DNA of 62,369 nt from Bacteroidia bacterium (GCA_044339595.1 JBIIVF010000002.1:1-62369), one strand, 5' to 3'; counted from the stretch's first letter, positions 9,957 through 19,986 are shown. Notes: generated by a model from the letters alone, not told the origin. Numbers and translations are program-made.

Positions 9957-10205
9957 ATGGCAACAAAATTGACATTGACTGTTGAAAAATCAGTCATCGA
10001 GAAAGCAAAATACTACGCAAAACAGACGGGCAGAAGTCTGTCAGAAATTATTGAAAATTATTTAGAAAGTATTACCAGTGAGGAGAAAAGTAAAACCGAG
10101 CTTTCCCCAAAACTCAGAAAAATTTTGGGAGCCGTTCAGCTCCCAAAAGATTTTGATAAAAAACAAGCACTTAGGGGCTATCTTGAACAGAAGCATCTAA
10201 GATGA
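9957..10205 (+). CDS. DUF6364-type (VapB-like) antitoxin, intact
   Basis: 82 aa. KLTLTVEKSVIEKAKYYAKQTGRSLSEIIENYLESI is the pattern of the small antitoxins paired with PIN toxins in Bacteroidota. The stop overlaps the ATG of the PIN remnant (ATGA at 10202-10205). Confidence 0.6.
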   Translation: MATKLTLTVEKSVIEKAKYYAKQTGRSLSEIIENYLESITSEEKSKTELSPKLRKILGAVQLPKDFDKKQALRGYLEQKHLR

Positions 10206-10618
10206 GAATATTCGTTGACACCAATATTTTATTCGATTTGATCGCTGACCGGAAACCTTTCAGCAAATTTGATATTCATATTTTCTCTGCGGCAGAGAAG
10301 GACAAAGTGGAACTTTTACATCATCCCACTCTATTTCAACAACCCATTAGGTCTTGAAGAAATACCGGGATGAAAAGGAATTACGTATGGTATTAATCCA
10401 TTTATTGGATTATTTGAAAGTAGTGTCTATAGATGAAGATGCTATCCGAGCAGGGCTGAAATCAAAACACAAAGATTTTGAGTATGCGCTTAAAATGATC
10501 AGCGCATACTCAATTGACAATTGACAAATTAGATGGGATTGTTACAAGGAATGTTAGAGACTTTAAAGGAGCTGAAATTCCTATTCTAACCCCGGAAGAT
10601 TTGGCAAGTAAATTGTAA
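10202..10618 (+). pseudogene. Decayed PIN-domain (VapC-family) toxin gene
   Basis: Starts MRIFVDTNILFDLIADRKPF (PIN N-terminal Asp motif) in frame 2 and runs into TGA at 10355-10357. The homologous reading continues in frame 1 (..SISTTH*VLKKYRDEKELRMVLIHLLDYLKVVSIDEDAIRAGLKSKHKDFEYALKMISAYSIDN) with an in-frame TAG at 10348-10350. It then returns to frame 2 (IDKLDGIVTRNVRDFKGAEIPILTPEDLASKL*) after a perfect 7-bp tandem duplication AATTGAC/AATTGAC at 10512-10525. The track shows no ORF of 60 aa or more here. Confidence 0.75.
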
Positions 10619-10683
10619 TTAAAAACGACCGATGTATCCTTCTGGAGACCCCAATGGGTTAAATGTCTGTTTTGGGTTAAACC

Positions 10684-11709
10684 TTATTTGATTCCTGCAA
10701 GCTCCCTCACCAATCCGGGACCGGCATAAATAAATCCGGTATACACCTGAATCAAATCAGCACCATCATTCAGTCGATCTTTTCCATCTTGAGCGTTCAT
10801 GATTCCACCGACCCCGATCAGCGGTGTTTCGGGCAAATGCTCTCTTAAATAACGCATCACTTCTGAACTGCGCATTTTGAGCGGAGCGCCACTCAAACCA
10901 CCTGCACCCATTTGTTTTATTTCTGAGGCGTCGGTTTGAAGCCCTTCGCGACTGATGGTTGTGTTGTTGGCGATGATTCCATCAAAGTTGAGCTCTTTTT
11001 TAAGTCCTATGATGTCGTCTAATTGGCCCGGGGTTAAATCAGGGGCAATTTTTAACAAGATAGGTCGATGCGGCCTGCCTTTACCCGTTAAATCTTCTCT
11101 TTTTTGTATCAACACTGACAAAATTTCGAGCAATGCGTCTTTGTCTTGCAAAGCCCTCAAGCCCGGGGTGTTAGGAGAACTCACATTGACGGTGAAATAA
11201 TCCACAAAATCATAGAGCTTTTCAAAGCAGATCAAATAGTCGTCCACGGCTTTTTCGTTCGGGGTGAATTTATTTTTTCCGATATTTCCTCCGATGATGA
11301 GTCCTTTGGGTCTGTTTTTAAGTTGAATGATGGCTTGATCAAGGCCTAGGTTGTTAAAACCCATACGATTGATGATGGCTCTATCTTTTGGCAATCGGAA
11401 CAATCGTGGTTTTTCGTTTCCGGGTTGTGGTAACGGGGTGATGGTGCCGATCTCAGCATGTCCAAATCCCAGCGCCTTCCAAACTTCGAGGTAACGGGCA
11501 TCTTTGTCAAACCCGGCAGCCAATCCAACTTTATTGGGTAAATTTAAACCGCAGAACTGAACAGGGCTCTGACGTTTGTTATGAAAATTGCTTTTCAACC
11601 AAGCACCCAAAAGGGTTGTTTTTATGGCCATCGACAAGATATTCAAGGTCACATAATGTGCCTTTTCCGGAGGCATGAGGAATAGGATTTTTCTAATCAA
11701 GGAAAACAT
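10684..11709 (-). CDS. pyrD: Dihydroorotate dehydrogenase (quinone), class 2
   Basis: 341 aa with the N-terminal membrane-associating helix of class 2 enzymes. Motifs GLAAGFDK, NVSSPNTPGLR, IIANNTT, GGLSG and IGVGGI. Confidence 0.9.
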   Translation of the reverse strand: MFSLIRKILFLMPPEKAHYVTLNILSMAIKTTLLGAWLKSNFHNKRQSPVQFCGLNLPNKVGLAAGFDKDARYLEVWKALGFGHAEIGTITPLPQPGNEKPRLFRLPKDRAIINRMGFNNLGLDQAIIQLKNRPKGLIIGGNIGKNKFTPNEKAVDDYLICFEKLYDFVDYFTVNVSSPNTPGLRALQDKDALLEILSVLIQKREDLTGKGRPHRPILLKIAPDLTPGQLDDIIGLKKELNFDGIIANNTTISREGLQTDASEIKQMGAGGLSGAPLKMRSSEVMRYLREHLPETPLIGVGGIMNAQDGKDRLNDGADLIQVYTGFIYAGPGLVRELAGIK

Positions 11710-11821
11710 GCTGCAAAGTTATGGATTTAGATAGGTTGGTATTGAGTGGAAATGCATAAAGCGATATTTATTTAGAACAATTCCATTCTGCTCATCGCAA
11801 GCTGAACTGCAAACAGAATGA

Positions 11822-11829
11822 TAAATTTG
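11822..11829 (+). promoter_or_regulatory. Candidate -7 box (TAAATTTG) for the sdhCAB operon
   Basis: Exact TAnnTTTG match, 27 nt upstream of ATG 11856. Confidence 0.4.
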
Positions 11830-11855
11830 CTGTTATTTAAGAATTGATTTAACTT

Positions 11856-12632
11856 ATGAGCAATTTTTCTAAAATGTTCTCTTCCAGTTTGGGCCAAAAA
11901 GTGATTATGGCACTCACAGGATTGTTTCTTTGTTTATTTTTGGTGGTGCATTTAATCGGTAATTTTCAATTACTTAAAGATGATTATGGTTTTGCTTTTA
12001 ACAGCTATTCCAAATTTATGACCACCTTTCCGTTGATCAAAGTCGTCTCTTACGTGAATTATGTCGCTATTTTATTTCATGCTGTTAAGGGCATATCCTT
12101 GGTATTTAAGAATCGCGAAGCCCGCAAATCAAAGTATGTGGTCGACGGTTCATGGGCCAATAGCCATTGGACTTCTCGTTACATGGGTATACTAGGTACA
12201 ATCATTCTGGTTTTTTTAGTGATTCATATGTCAAATTTTTGGTACGAAATGAAGTTCGGGCATCTTCCGGAGCAGAAGTATATTCATTACGAAGTGAATG
12301 GAGTGGCCAAGGTTGAACCTTATTCAGAAGATTTCTTCAATAAAGTCACCCCTGAAGTGAAGGAGCAAATCAACTTCATCAGGGTTGAGGTGTATAAGGA
12401 TCTATTTAAAACGGTCAATGCCACATTTACACAGTGGTGGTATGTATTGCTTTATGTAGTTTCGATGTTGGCCATCGGATTTCACTTATGGCATGGTTTC
12501 AAGAGTGCTTTCCAATCGCTCGGAATCAATCATCCTGCTTACAATAAAGGCATTCAAACTTTGGGCTATGGATTTGCCGTTTTGGTGCCTTTGGCATTTG
12601 CGTTGATCCCTTTAATTATTTTTTTCGCTTAA
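11856..12632 (+). CDS. sdhC: Succinate dehydrogenase/fumarate reductase cytochrome b subunit (b558 family)
   Basis: 258 aa with about five hydrophobic helices and conserved His residues (VVHLIGN, FHLWHG). Sits immediately upstream of the flavoprotein and Fe-S subunits. Confidence 0.85.
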   Translation: MSNFSKMFSSSLGQKVIMALTGLFLCLFLVVHLIGNFQLLKDDYGFAFNSYSKFMTTFPLIKVVSYVNYVAILFHAVKGISLVFKNREARKSKYVVDGSWANSHWTSRYMGILGTIILVFLVIHMSNFWYEMKFGHLPEQKYIHYEVNGVAKVEPYSEDFFNKVTPEVKEQINFIRVEVYKDLFKTVNATFTQWWYVLLYVVSMLAIGFHLWHGFKSAFQSLGINHPAYNKGIQTLGYGFAVLVPLAFALIPLIIFFA

Positions 12633-12643
12633 TCTGAACCCGT

Positions 12644-14644
12644 ATGAAATTGAATAATCATATCCCGGAAGGTCCTTTAAAAGACAAATGGACCCATCAT
12701 AAAGATCATGTAAAGCTTGTAAATCCATCCAATAAACGAAATATCGATGTTATTGTGATAGGAACCGGATTGGCGGGTGCATCAGCAGCTGCTTCCCTCG
12801 GAGAAATGGGATACAATGTAAAGGCATTTTGCTTTCAAGACAGTCCTCGCAGGGCGCATTCCATTGCCGCTCAGGGAGGAATCAATGCGGCCAAGAATTA
12901 TCAAAACGATGGAGATTCCGTCTTCCGTTTGTTTTACGACACCATCAAAGGGGGCGATTATCGCTCAAGAGAAGCGAATGTTTATCGATTGGCAGAAGTA
13001 AGTACGTCTATTATAGACCAATGTGTTGCGCAAGGAGTGCCTTTTGCCCGCGAATACGGGGGGTTGCTCGATAATCGTTCGTTTGGAGGGGTTCAGGTAA
13101 GCAGAACATTTTATGCCAAAGGACAAACAGGACAGCAATTGCTACTCGGTGCCTATTCGGCATTATCGAGACAGATTTCTCAAGGGAAAGTAGAAATGTA
13201 TAACCGTCATGAGATGATGGAATTGGTGATGATAGACGGAAAAGCGAGAGGAATCATTGCAAGAAACCTAATCACCGGCGAATTAGAGCGTCACAGTGCG
13301 CATGCTGTGGTGTTGTGCACAGGTGGATACGGAAACGTATTCTTTTTGTCTACCAACGCCATGGGCAGCAATGTTTCAGCGGCCTGGAAAGCACACAAAA
13401 AAGGGGCATTGATGTCAAATCCTTGTTTTACGCAGATTCACCCTACTTGTATTCCGGTTTCAGGTCAATATCAAAGTAAACTTACGTTGATGAGTGAGTC
13501 GCTTAGAAATGATGGTCGTATTTGGGTACCGGCGCGATTAGAAGATGCAGAAGCCATTCGTCAAGGCAAATTGAAGCCAACCGAAATCGCCGAAGAAAAC
13601 CGTGATTATTACCTCGAAAGAAGATATCCTTCTTTTGGTAACCTTGTGCCCAGAGATGTGGCTTCCAGAGCTGCAAAAGAGAGATGTGATGCAGGTTATG
13701 GCGTAAATGCCACCGGAGAAGCAGTTTACCTTGATTTTGCGGCGGCCATCGAACGCTATGGCAGGGCAGAGGCCAATCGTACGGGTGAAGCCAATGCAAG
13801 CCTCGATCGCATCGTTAAACTCGGAACCGACATCGTTGAAAGTAAATACGGTAACTTGTTTCAGATGTATGAAAAAATTACCGACGACAACCCCTATAAA
13901 ACACCGATGATGATTTATCCGGCCGTGCATTACACCATGGGTGGATTGTGGGTCGATTATAATCTGATGACCAATATACCCGGATTATATGCTTGCGGTG
14001 AAGCTAATTTTAGCGATCACGGCGCCAATCGTTTGGGTGCATCCGCTTTGATGCAAGGTTTGGCAGATGGATATTTTGTTTTGCCTTACACCATTGGTGA
14101 TTATTTGGCGGATGACATCCGTACCGGAAAAATCCCAACGGATTCTCCTGCTTTTGAAGAAGCGGAAGAGAAAGTTCGATCTTTCGCAGAATCACTGTTG
14201 AATACCGGTGGTACCAAATCAGTGGATTACTTTCACAAACGATTAGGAAAGGTAATGTGGGATCAGTGCGGTATGGCAAGGAATGCAGAAGGATTGAAGC
14301 AAGCCATGCAGGAAATTAGTCAAATCAAGGAAGAATTCTTTAAAGATGTGCGCATCCCGGGATCTATAGACAGTTTGAATCCGGAGTTGGACAAGGCTTG
14401 TCGTGTAGCTGATTTTCTTGAATTGGGTGAACTTATGTGTTTGGATGCCTTGGAAAGAAATGAATCTTGCGGAGGGCACTTTAGAGAAGAATATCAAACA
14501 GAAGAAGGGGAGGCCTTGAGAGATGATCAAAACTTTGCTTTTGTTTCTTCCTGGGAATACACCGGAAATCCTTCTAAGTCGATATTGCACAAAGAAGAAT
14601 TGAAATTTGAAAATGTTGAGCTGAAACAGCGCAGTTATAAATAA
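12644..14644 (+). CDS. sdhA: Succinate dehydrogenase/fumarate reductase flavoprotein subunit
   Basis: FAD fold [14 protein letters not shown], covalent-FAD His context [14 protein letters not shown], and a C-terminal CGGHFREEY region. Confidence 0.95.
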   Translation: MKLNNHIPEGPLKDKWTHHKDHVKLVNPSNKRNIDVIVIGTGLAGASAAASLGEMGYNVKAFCFQDSPRRAHSIAAQGGINAAKNYQNDGDSVFRLFYDTIKGGDYRSREANVYRLAEVSTSIIDQCVAQGVPFAREYGGLLDNRSFGGVQVSRTFYAKGQTGQQLLLGAYSALSRQISQGKVEMYNRHEMMELVMIDGKARGIIARNLITGELERHSAHAVVLCTGGYGNVFFLSTNAMGSNVSAAWKAHKKGALMSNPCFTQIHPTCIPVSGQYQSKLTLMSESLRNDGRIWVPARLEDAEAIRQGKLKPTEIAEENRDYYLERRYPSFGNLVPRDVASRAAKERCDAGYGVNATGEAVYLDFAAAIERYGRAEANRTGEANASLDRIVKLGTDIVESKYGNLFQMYEKITDDNPYKTPMMIYPAVHYTMGGLWVDYNLMTNIPGLYACGEANFSDHGANRLGASALMQGLADGYFVLPYTIGDYLADDIRTGKIPTDSPAFEEAEEKVRSFAESLLNTGGTKSVDYFHKRLGKVMWDQCGMARNAEGLKQAMQEISQIKEEFFKDVRIPGSIDSLNPELDKACRVADFLELGELMCLDALERNESCGGHFREEYQTEEGEALRDDQNFAFVSSWEYTGNPSKSILHKEELKFENVELKQRSYK

Positions 14645-14658
14645 CAACCGATATTATC

Positions 14659-15411
14659 ATGAATCTTACACTTAAAATCTGGAGACAAAACAATACAACT
14701 GAAGCCGGTAAAATGGTTGCATATCCTGTTAAGGATGTTTCCGGCGATATGTCATTTCTTGAAATGCTCGATGTACTCAATGAAGAGTTGGTAGAAAAGG
14801 GCGATAATCCTGTTGCTTTTGATCATGATTGTCGCGAAGGAATTTGCGGTAGTTGTTCCATGGTCATCAACGGTCGGCCGCATGGGCCCGATACCGGAAT
14901 CACCACCTGTCAGTTGCACATGCGCCACTTTAAGGATGGAGAAACGGTGAATGTTGAGCCCTTCAGGGCTAATGCTTTCCCGGTTTTGAAAGACCTGATG
15001 GTGGATCGCGGTGCATTTGATCGCATCATTCAAGCCGGAGGATACATTTCTGTTAACACCAGCGGAAATACCTTGGATGCCAATGCCATTCCGGTTCCTA
15101 AGGAAGACGCAGATTTGGCATTTGACGCGGCTTCGTGCATTGGATGTGGAGCATGTGTGGCCGCTTGTAAAAACTCTTCTGCCATGTTATTTGTGAGTGC
15201 CAAAGTGAGTCAATTGTCTTTGCTTCCTCAAGGCAAACCGGAAAGAACCGAGCGTGTTTTGCGCATGGTTGAGCAAATGGATAAGGAAGGGTTTGGCGCA
15301 TGTTCAAATACCGGTGCTTGTTCAGCTGAATGCCCCAAAGGAATCTCTTTAGATAACATCGCTCGGTTGAACCGCGAATATCTGAGAGCTTCATTGGTGA
15401 ACAAAGGTTAA
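14659..15411 (+). CDS. sdhB: Succinate dehydrogenase/fumarate reductase iron-sulfur subunit
   Basis: Three Cys clusters: [20 protein letters not shown] and [12 protein letters not shown]. Confidence 0.95.
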   Translation: MNLTLKIWRQNNTTEAGKMVAYPVKDVSGDMSFLEMLDVLNEELVEKGDNPVAFDHDCREGICGSCSMVINGRPHGPDTGITTCQLHMRHFKDGETVNVEPFRANAFPVLKDLMVDRGAFDRIIQAGGYISVNTSGNTLDANAIPVPKEDADLAFDAASCIGCGACVAACKNSSAMLFVSAKVSQLSLLPQGKPERTERVLRMVEQMDKEGFGACSNTGACSAECPKGISLDNIARLNREYLRASLVNKG

Positions 15412-15494
15412 AACCCCACTAAATATTTCCGGAAACCCTCAAAGTCAGATTGATTTCTTCAAATCTGTATCGATACAATCACTAATATTGTAAA

Positions 15495-16091
15495 GTGTTT
15501 ACCGGAATTATAGAATCAATGGGTGAAGTGCTTTCCTTGCAAAAGGAAGGGGGTAATGTGCACATTACAGTGGCATCGCCCATTTCACATGAACTCAAAA
15601 TCGACCAAAGTGTTTCTCATAACGGAATTTGCCTCACGGTTGTTGCCTTGTTAAAGGGGGGACATGTGGTTACCGCCATTCAAGAAACCATCGACAAAAC
15701 ACATCTTTCTGACTGGAAACCCGGCACCATGGTGAATCTTGAGCGCTGCTTAAAGGCAGATGGCCGATTGGATGGTCATATTGTACAAGGCCACGTGGAT
15801 ACCACAGGCGTTTGCAAATCCGTTCGTGAGACTGCCGGAAGTTGGGAATTTGTGTTTAACTACTCAACCGGACAAATCACCGTTGAAAAGGGCTCTATTT
15901 GCGTGAATGGCGTAAGTTTAACGGTCGTAAACAGCAAGCCCGGAGAATTTTCTGTCGCCATCATACCCTACACCTACGAGCATACTTCCTTTGGTCAAAT
16001 AAAGCCCGGAGATCGAGTGAACCTCGAATTTGATATTATTGGAAAATATATCACCCAATTGTTTTCTGCCTACCAAAACCCAACTCAATGA
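15495..16091 (+). CDS. ribE: Riboflavin synthase (alpha chain)
   Basis: MFTGIIE start (GTG codon). Internal duplication of lumazine-binding repeats (NGICLTV / NGVSLTV). Confidence 0.9.
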   Translation: MFTGIIESMGEVLSLQKEGGNVHITVASPISHELKIDQSVSHNGICLTVVALLKGGHVVTAIQETIDKTHLSDWKPGTMVNLERCLKADGRLDGHIVQGHVDTTGVCKSVRETAGSWEFVFNYSTGQITVEKGSICVNGVSLTVVNSKPGEFSVAIIPYTYEHTSFGQIKPGDRVNLEFDIIGKYITQLFSAYQNPTQ

Positions 16092-16975
16092 AATTACCGG
16101 ACATGAACATCGTCATTTTATCGGCTAACAAGAATCTGTATTCCACCCAAAGATTGGTAGAAGCCGGAGAAAAGCGGGGTCATCACATGCGCGTGGTGGA
16201 TCATACCAAATGCGACTTGGTGATTGAAAGACACAAGCCCAGTATCATCTATAATGGAGAAGAGTTACAAGGGGTAGATGCGGTAATTCCTAGAATTGGG
16301 GCTTCGGTTACCTTTTTTGGAACAGCAGTAGTGCGTCAATTTGAGATGATGAAAGTCTTTACGGCAGTCGAATCTCAGGCATTGGTGCGTTCGAGGGATA
16401 AACTGAGAAGTCTTCAGATTTTGGCCAGAGCCGGATTGGGTTTACCCAAGACTGCTTTCTCGAACTATTCAAAGGAAGTGGATAAAGTCATAAGTAAAGT
16501 GGGAGGGGCGCCCGTAATCATTAAGCTACTAGAAGGAACCCAAGGATTGGGCGTGGTGCTGGCTGAGACCAAAAAGGCGGCAGAATCGGTACTGGAGGCG
16601 TTTAATGGATTAAAGGCCAGGGTGATTATTCAAGAGTTCATCAAAGAATCAAAAGGATGTGATGTTCGCGCTTTTGTGGTGGATGGTCATGTAGTGGGTG
16701 CCATGAAACGCACCGCTCGCGAAGGAGAATTCAGATCAAACCTTCACAGGGGTGGCACAGCTCAGTTGATTGAGCTCACCCGTGATGAAGAAATTACAGC
16801 CATCAAAGCTGCCAAGGCTTTGGGATTAGGAATTGCCGGAGTGGACATGCTGCAGTCTGAACGTGGACCACTCATCCTTGAAGTGAATTCGTCTCCCGGC
16901 TTAGAAGGCATTGAAGGCGCGACTAAAAAAGATATTGCAGGAGAAATTATCAAATACGTAGAGAAAAACGCTTAA
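16088..16975 (+). CDS. rimK: RimK-family alpha-L-glutamate ligase (ATP-grasp)
   Basis: 295 aa ATP-grasp protein: [52 protein letters not shown] overlap with the ribE stop. Confidence 0.9.
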   Translation: MKLPDMNIVILSANKNLYSTQRLVEAGEKRGHHMRVVDHTKCDLVIERHKPSIIYNGEELQGVDAVIPRIGASVTFFGTAVVRQFEMMKVFTAVESQALVRSRDKLRSLQILARAGLGLPKTAFSNYSKEVDKVISKVGGAPVIIKLLEGTQGLGVVLAETKKAAESVLEAFNGLKARVIIQEFIKESKGCDVRAFVVDGHVVGAMKRTAREGEFRSNLHRGGTAQLIELTRDEEITAIKAAKALGLGIAGVDMLQSERGPLILEVNSSPGLEGIEGATKKDIAGEIIKYVEKNA

Positions 16976-16979
16976 AAGC

Positions 16980-17474
16980 ATGGCCCGAGGACTCAAATTT
17001 ATAGGTATTTTTTTTGTTTTCCTTTTTACCGGGGTTTTGATAGCCGGTGTGGTGGCCGGAAACCTTGAAATTAAAAAGGATATTCCATCCTCCCTTAACA
17101 ACGAAGAAACCTGGAAGCAAATTTCTGATACGGCCAATTTGAAAGTTTGGATCAGCCATTTACAGCGAATAGCTCCCGGTGAAATAGAAGGAACCTATAA
17201 AATATATTTACATACCGGAAAACCTCAGGCTGCCGTGATGGACTTGTTGCCGATGGCCGATTCAACAAAAAGGACCATGCAATATCGCATCAGCAATAAA
17301 GGATCTGAACTGAATGTGTTTTTTAAGGTATTGGATAAAAAAGTAGCAGTGAGCTATACCGTCGAAGGAAAAGGTACTGCCAATAAGATTGTATTGGCCA
17401 TGCTCAGGAAGTCATTGAAAGATCAGTATAATAAAGAAATGCAGCGCATTGAACAGTTGTTAAATAATCAATGA
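16980..17474 (+). CDS. Hypothetical single-pass membrane protein, 4 nt downstream of rimK
   Basis: 164 aa with an N-terminal TM helix (FIGIFFVFLFTGVLIAGVVAG). No motif recognised. Tight spacing suggests co-transcription with rimK. Confidence 0.6.
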   Translation: MARGLKFIGIFFVFLFTGVLIAGVVAGNLEIKKDIPSSLNNEETWKQISDTANLKVWISHLQRIAPGEIEGTYKIYLHTGKPQAAVMDLLPMADSTKRTMQYRISNKGSELNVFFKVLDKKVAVSYTVEGKGTANKIVLAMLRKSLKDQYNKEMQRIEQLLNNQ

Positions 17475-17483
17475 TTCAATAAC

Positions 17484-17525
17484 GGTTTAGGTTCTAGGGT
17501 CTTGGGTTTGGGATTATGGTTTAAG
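17484..17525. repeat. Degenerate heptad array, 6 units (GGTTTAG GTTCTAG GGTCTTG GGTTTGG GATTATG GTTTAAG)
   Basis: A 7-nt period read directly from the sequence. Begins 10 nt after the stop at 17474, between convergent genes. Confidence 0.5.
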
Positions 17526-17543
17526 TAAGTCTCGGTGCTTAAA

Positions 17544-19217
17544 TCATTTAATTCCGGGTGTATATTGCTTAACCTGTTCAATTTTATTGTCGCACACACG
17601 ATAGGTGTTTTGATCAATTGAAAAGTAAGCGCCTTCCCTGAGAGACGCCAATTTGAGCAGATCTTGTTCTATGGTATGCACGGTTCCTCCATTTTCACGC
17701 GCCATATTGAGATAATCGAGATTGATGCCGTTGTTAGCCCCACAGAGCACAATGTGAATGGGTTTATTGATTTTCTTGAGTAAGGAAAGATCGCGCGGAG
17801 TGGCAAAGTTATCTGCAATAAGGATGACTTCAGAAACCTGTGGATTTTCGCTGATGCCCTTGATGATGGCTTCAACGTTGTTTTCTGGTCCATCACCACC
17901 GCTTCCACTGCGCTGAGCTACAGAGAGCATTTGTTTGAGTTCTTTATAGTTGTCGGTTTTAAGGTAATACACTCCACCTACATGTCCGGGTCGTTTGAGA
18001 TAATCCGGCATGTTGTTGCCGTCGTTAAAAAAGACAAAATCACTGTTTTTGGCATCTGATTCGAGGTGCATTTTGTGCCATGCCAGGAATTGCCCCAAAT
18101 AGGGGGTCATACTGCCGGTGACATCGGTGGCAATCAGACAATTCTTCCACTGAGCGTTTCGTTTTAGTACTTCTGTAACCACTTTTTCAGTGCTGTAGGT
18201 TCTGAATCCTGATCGTGCAGTATCGGTATAATTGCATTGGATGCGCTGTTTGTATTCTACCGGAGCTTGACTCATGTCCAGGAATTCACCGGATTCATTG
18301 GCCGGTGCTCCAATCATTTGGAGGTTGACAATTCTATTTTTTTTATCTCTGGTTGGAATGATTGTGAGGTGTGTATTTACATTTTCATTGTGAAATTTCG
18401 AAGGTTTGAAGTAGCAATTCTTAGTAATGGCCGCGTCCAAGGTAGCGGTTTGACGAGTAGAAAGGGTAGGGGATTGAATAATCTGACCTTTTGGATCTAA
18501 CAAGATTTGGATTTCATGTAGTTCCGATTCCGAATTTTTTTTCAGGCTTTTTATAAAAGATTTCTTGGCTTGGGTGCTGAAGAATTTGAGACTGCCATAA
18601 CGATTTTCTGATCGATATGATTCAATATAAGTGGTATCGCAAGATTTCAACAAGGTACTTCCGGGCGAGAAGGTCAGAGAATCGAGGGTGTGGGCATCCG
18701 GTTCTTCCCCAAGGCTTAAAGACTCATAATAATCGAGCAAGGCATCGGCATTTCTTTGGGCTGTTAAATCTGCATCAGATTTCAATCGAATTTCGAACCC
18801 ATGAAAGAAAGACTTGCAAGACTCCGGGCTTGAACATCCGGTTTGAGCAATCCAATACCATTGAATTTCCGGGTGTTGTTTTAATTCCGGAATTTGGGCA
18901 AATAATTCTGCCGTGCGTGCCTCATTGAGAGACAATTGATTGAATCTTTCAGATTGCCGATATTGAGTATACACCAACGATATAGCAGATATTCGATCAA
19001 CTTGAATGTTTTTTAACTTAGATGCAGCTTCTGACCGGTTAAAACCCATGGGCAGATAAATATAGTGTTCATCCTGCTGAAGCTGCTGAAATACAGGCGT
19101 CTCGATTCGTTTGAGTCTTTGATGCGTATTGATTTGTGCAAAAGCTTCTGACAATATGATGAATGTGAGGGTCCATAGGCAAGTCAGATAAACCGATGTA
19201 TTTTTGATGCTTATCAT
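17544..19217 (-). CDS. Secreted protein with C-terminal von Willebrand factor A-like domain
   Basis: Signal-like N-terminus ending AFAQ. C-terminal region has a MIDAS-like DVTGSM followed by FVFFNDG...SGSGGDGPEN...VILIADN. The N-terminal 340 aa has no recognisable motif. Confidence 0.65.
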   Translation of the reverse strand: MISIKNTSVYLTCLWTLTFIILSEAFAQINTHQRLKRIETPVFQQLQQDEHYIYLPMGFNRSEAASKLKNIQVDRISAISLVYTQYRQSERFNQLSLNEARTAELFAQIPELKQHPEIQWYWIAQTGCSSPESCKSFFHGFEIRLKSDADLTAQRNADALLDYYESLSLGEEPDAHTLDSLTFSPGSTLLKSCDTTYIESYRSENRYGSLKFFSTQAKKSFIKSLKKNSESELHEIQILLDPKGQIIQSPTLSTRQTATLDAAITKNCYFKPSKFHNENVNTHLTIIPTRDKKNRIVNLQMIGAPANESGEFLDMSQAPVEYKQRIQCNYTDTARSGFRTYSTEKVVTEVLKRNAQWKNCLIATDVTGSMTPYLGQFLAWHKMHLESDAKNSDFVFFNDGNNMPDYLKRPGHVGGVYYLKTDNYKELKQMLSVAQRSGSGGDGPENNVEAIIKGISENPQVSEVILIADNFATPRDLSLLKKINKPIHIVLCGANNGINLDYLNMARENGGTVHTIEQDLLKLASLREGAYFSIDQNTYRVCDNKIEQVKQYTPGIK

Positions 19218-19319
19218 GGGGATATAACTATAGATTGTATGAAATTATTGTAATTATAATGTTTGAATTTTAGGTTCACTTTTCACATGAAGGATTTAAC
19301 TTTTTAATTGTTTTTTTTC

Positions 19320-19473
19320 GGCAACGGGATGGCAGTGATAGCCCGCAGACCGACTGGCCTTTGGCAGACCCGGCAGAGCAGGGCAACCGGAGGAAGCTAC
19401 TGTCAATGCCTTGGTATGCCGGCCTGTTGGACGAGGACTATAAACGAACAGCCCGAAAATTGCCCCCAAATTT
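19320..19473 (+). repeat. GC-rich 154-nt interspersed element, copy A (possible structured RNA or miniature element)
   Basis: GGCAACGGGATGGCAG...AAATTGCCCCCAAATTT. Same length, orientation and termini as 45886-46039. Followed by hairpin AAATTTC-N7-GAAATTT plus Ts (19468-19490). Confidence 0.6.
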
Positions 19474-19531
19474 CTTCGCTTGAAATTTTTACGCCGAATA
19501 TGATTTAATATTTACCGCAAGAATCAAGGTA

Positions 19532-19891
19532 TCATGACCGACTCCAAAACGCATCTTCGAAATGCTCAATTTCAATTTGAGGATGCAGGGTAATAGAGAT
19601 GATATCGAACCGTATTTCGCCTTCATATCCAATCTTTTCGATATAATGTTGTGCCCCTCTGACCATCGCATTTTCTTTGGATGCGCCCACAAAAGACTCC
19701 GGGTGACCAAAATGGTCGTCTTTTCTGGTTTTTACTTCCACAAATATTAATTGCGCTTGATAAGTAGCGATGAGGTCAAATTCTGATCGGCCGGCTCTTA
19801 CATTTCTTCCTACAATCTGATAACCTCTTTCTATCAAATAGGCAGCAGCCAGTTCTTCACCCATGCGTCCTTGTTGTTGGTTATGGTGCAT
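19532..19891 (-). CDS. yraN: YraN-family (UPF0102) endonuclease-like protein
   Basis: GEELAAAYLIERGYQIVGRN...SEFDLIA...LIFVEVKTR is the family signature. Confidence 0.85.
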   Translation of the reverse strand: MHHNQQQGRMGEELAAAYLIERGYQIVGRNVRAGRSEFDLIATYQAQLIFVEVKTRKDDHFGHPESFVGASKENAMVRGAQHYIEKIGYEGEIRFDIISITLHPQIEIEHFEDAFWSRS

Positions 19892-19986
19892 ACATCAGAA
19901 TTTTGCCATAAAATTAATCCTGTTTCTGCTTTATTCGTCGTTTATATTCCATAAAATGGTTGGCAAGTAGCATATTTGCGGCGCTT

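Noticed and set aside
15412-15494. Possible FMN riboswitch upstream of ribE.
   Set aside because: Only 83 nt are available, with none of the conserved FMN-element segments. That is too short for the aptamer plus an expression platform.
19308-19508. Track ORF of 66 aa across the GC-rich element (and its counterpart at 45808..46035, 75 aa).
   Set aside because: The two nucleotide-similar elements give dissimilar peptides apart from a few residues. They lack plausible starts or RBS context and are low-complexity. They are treated as non-coding repeats instead.
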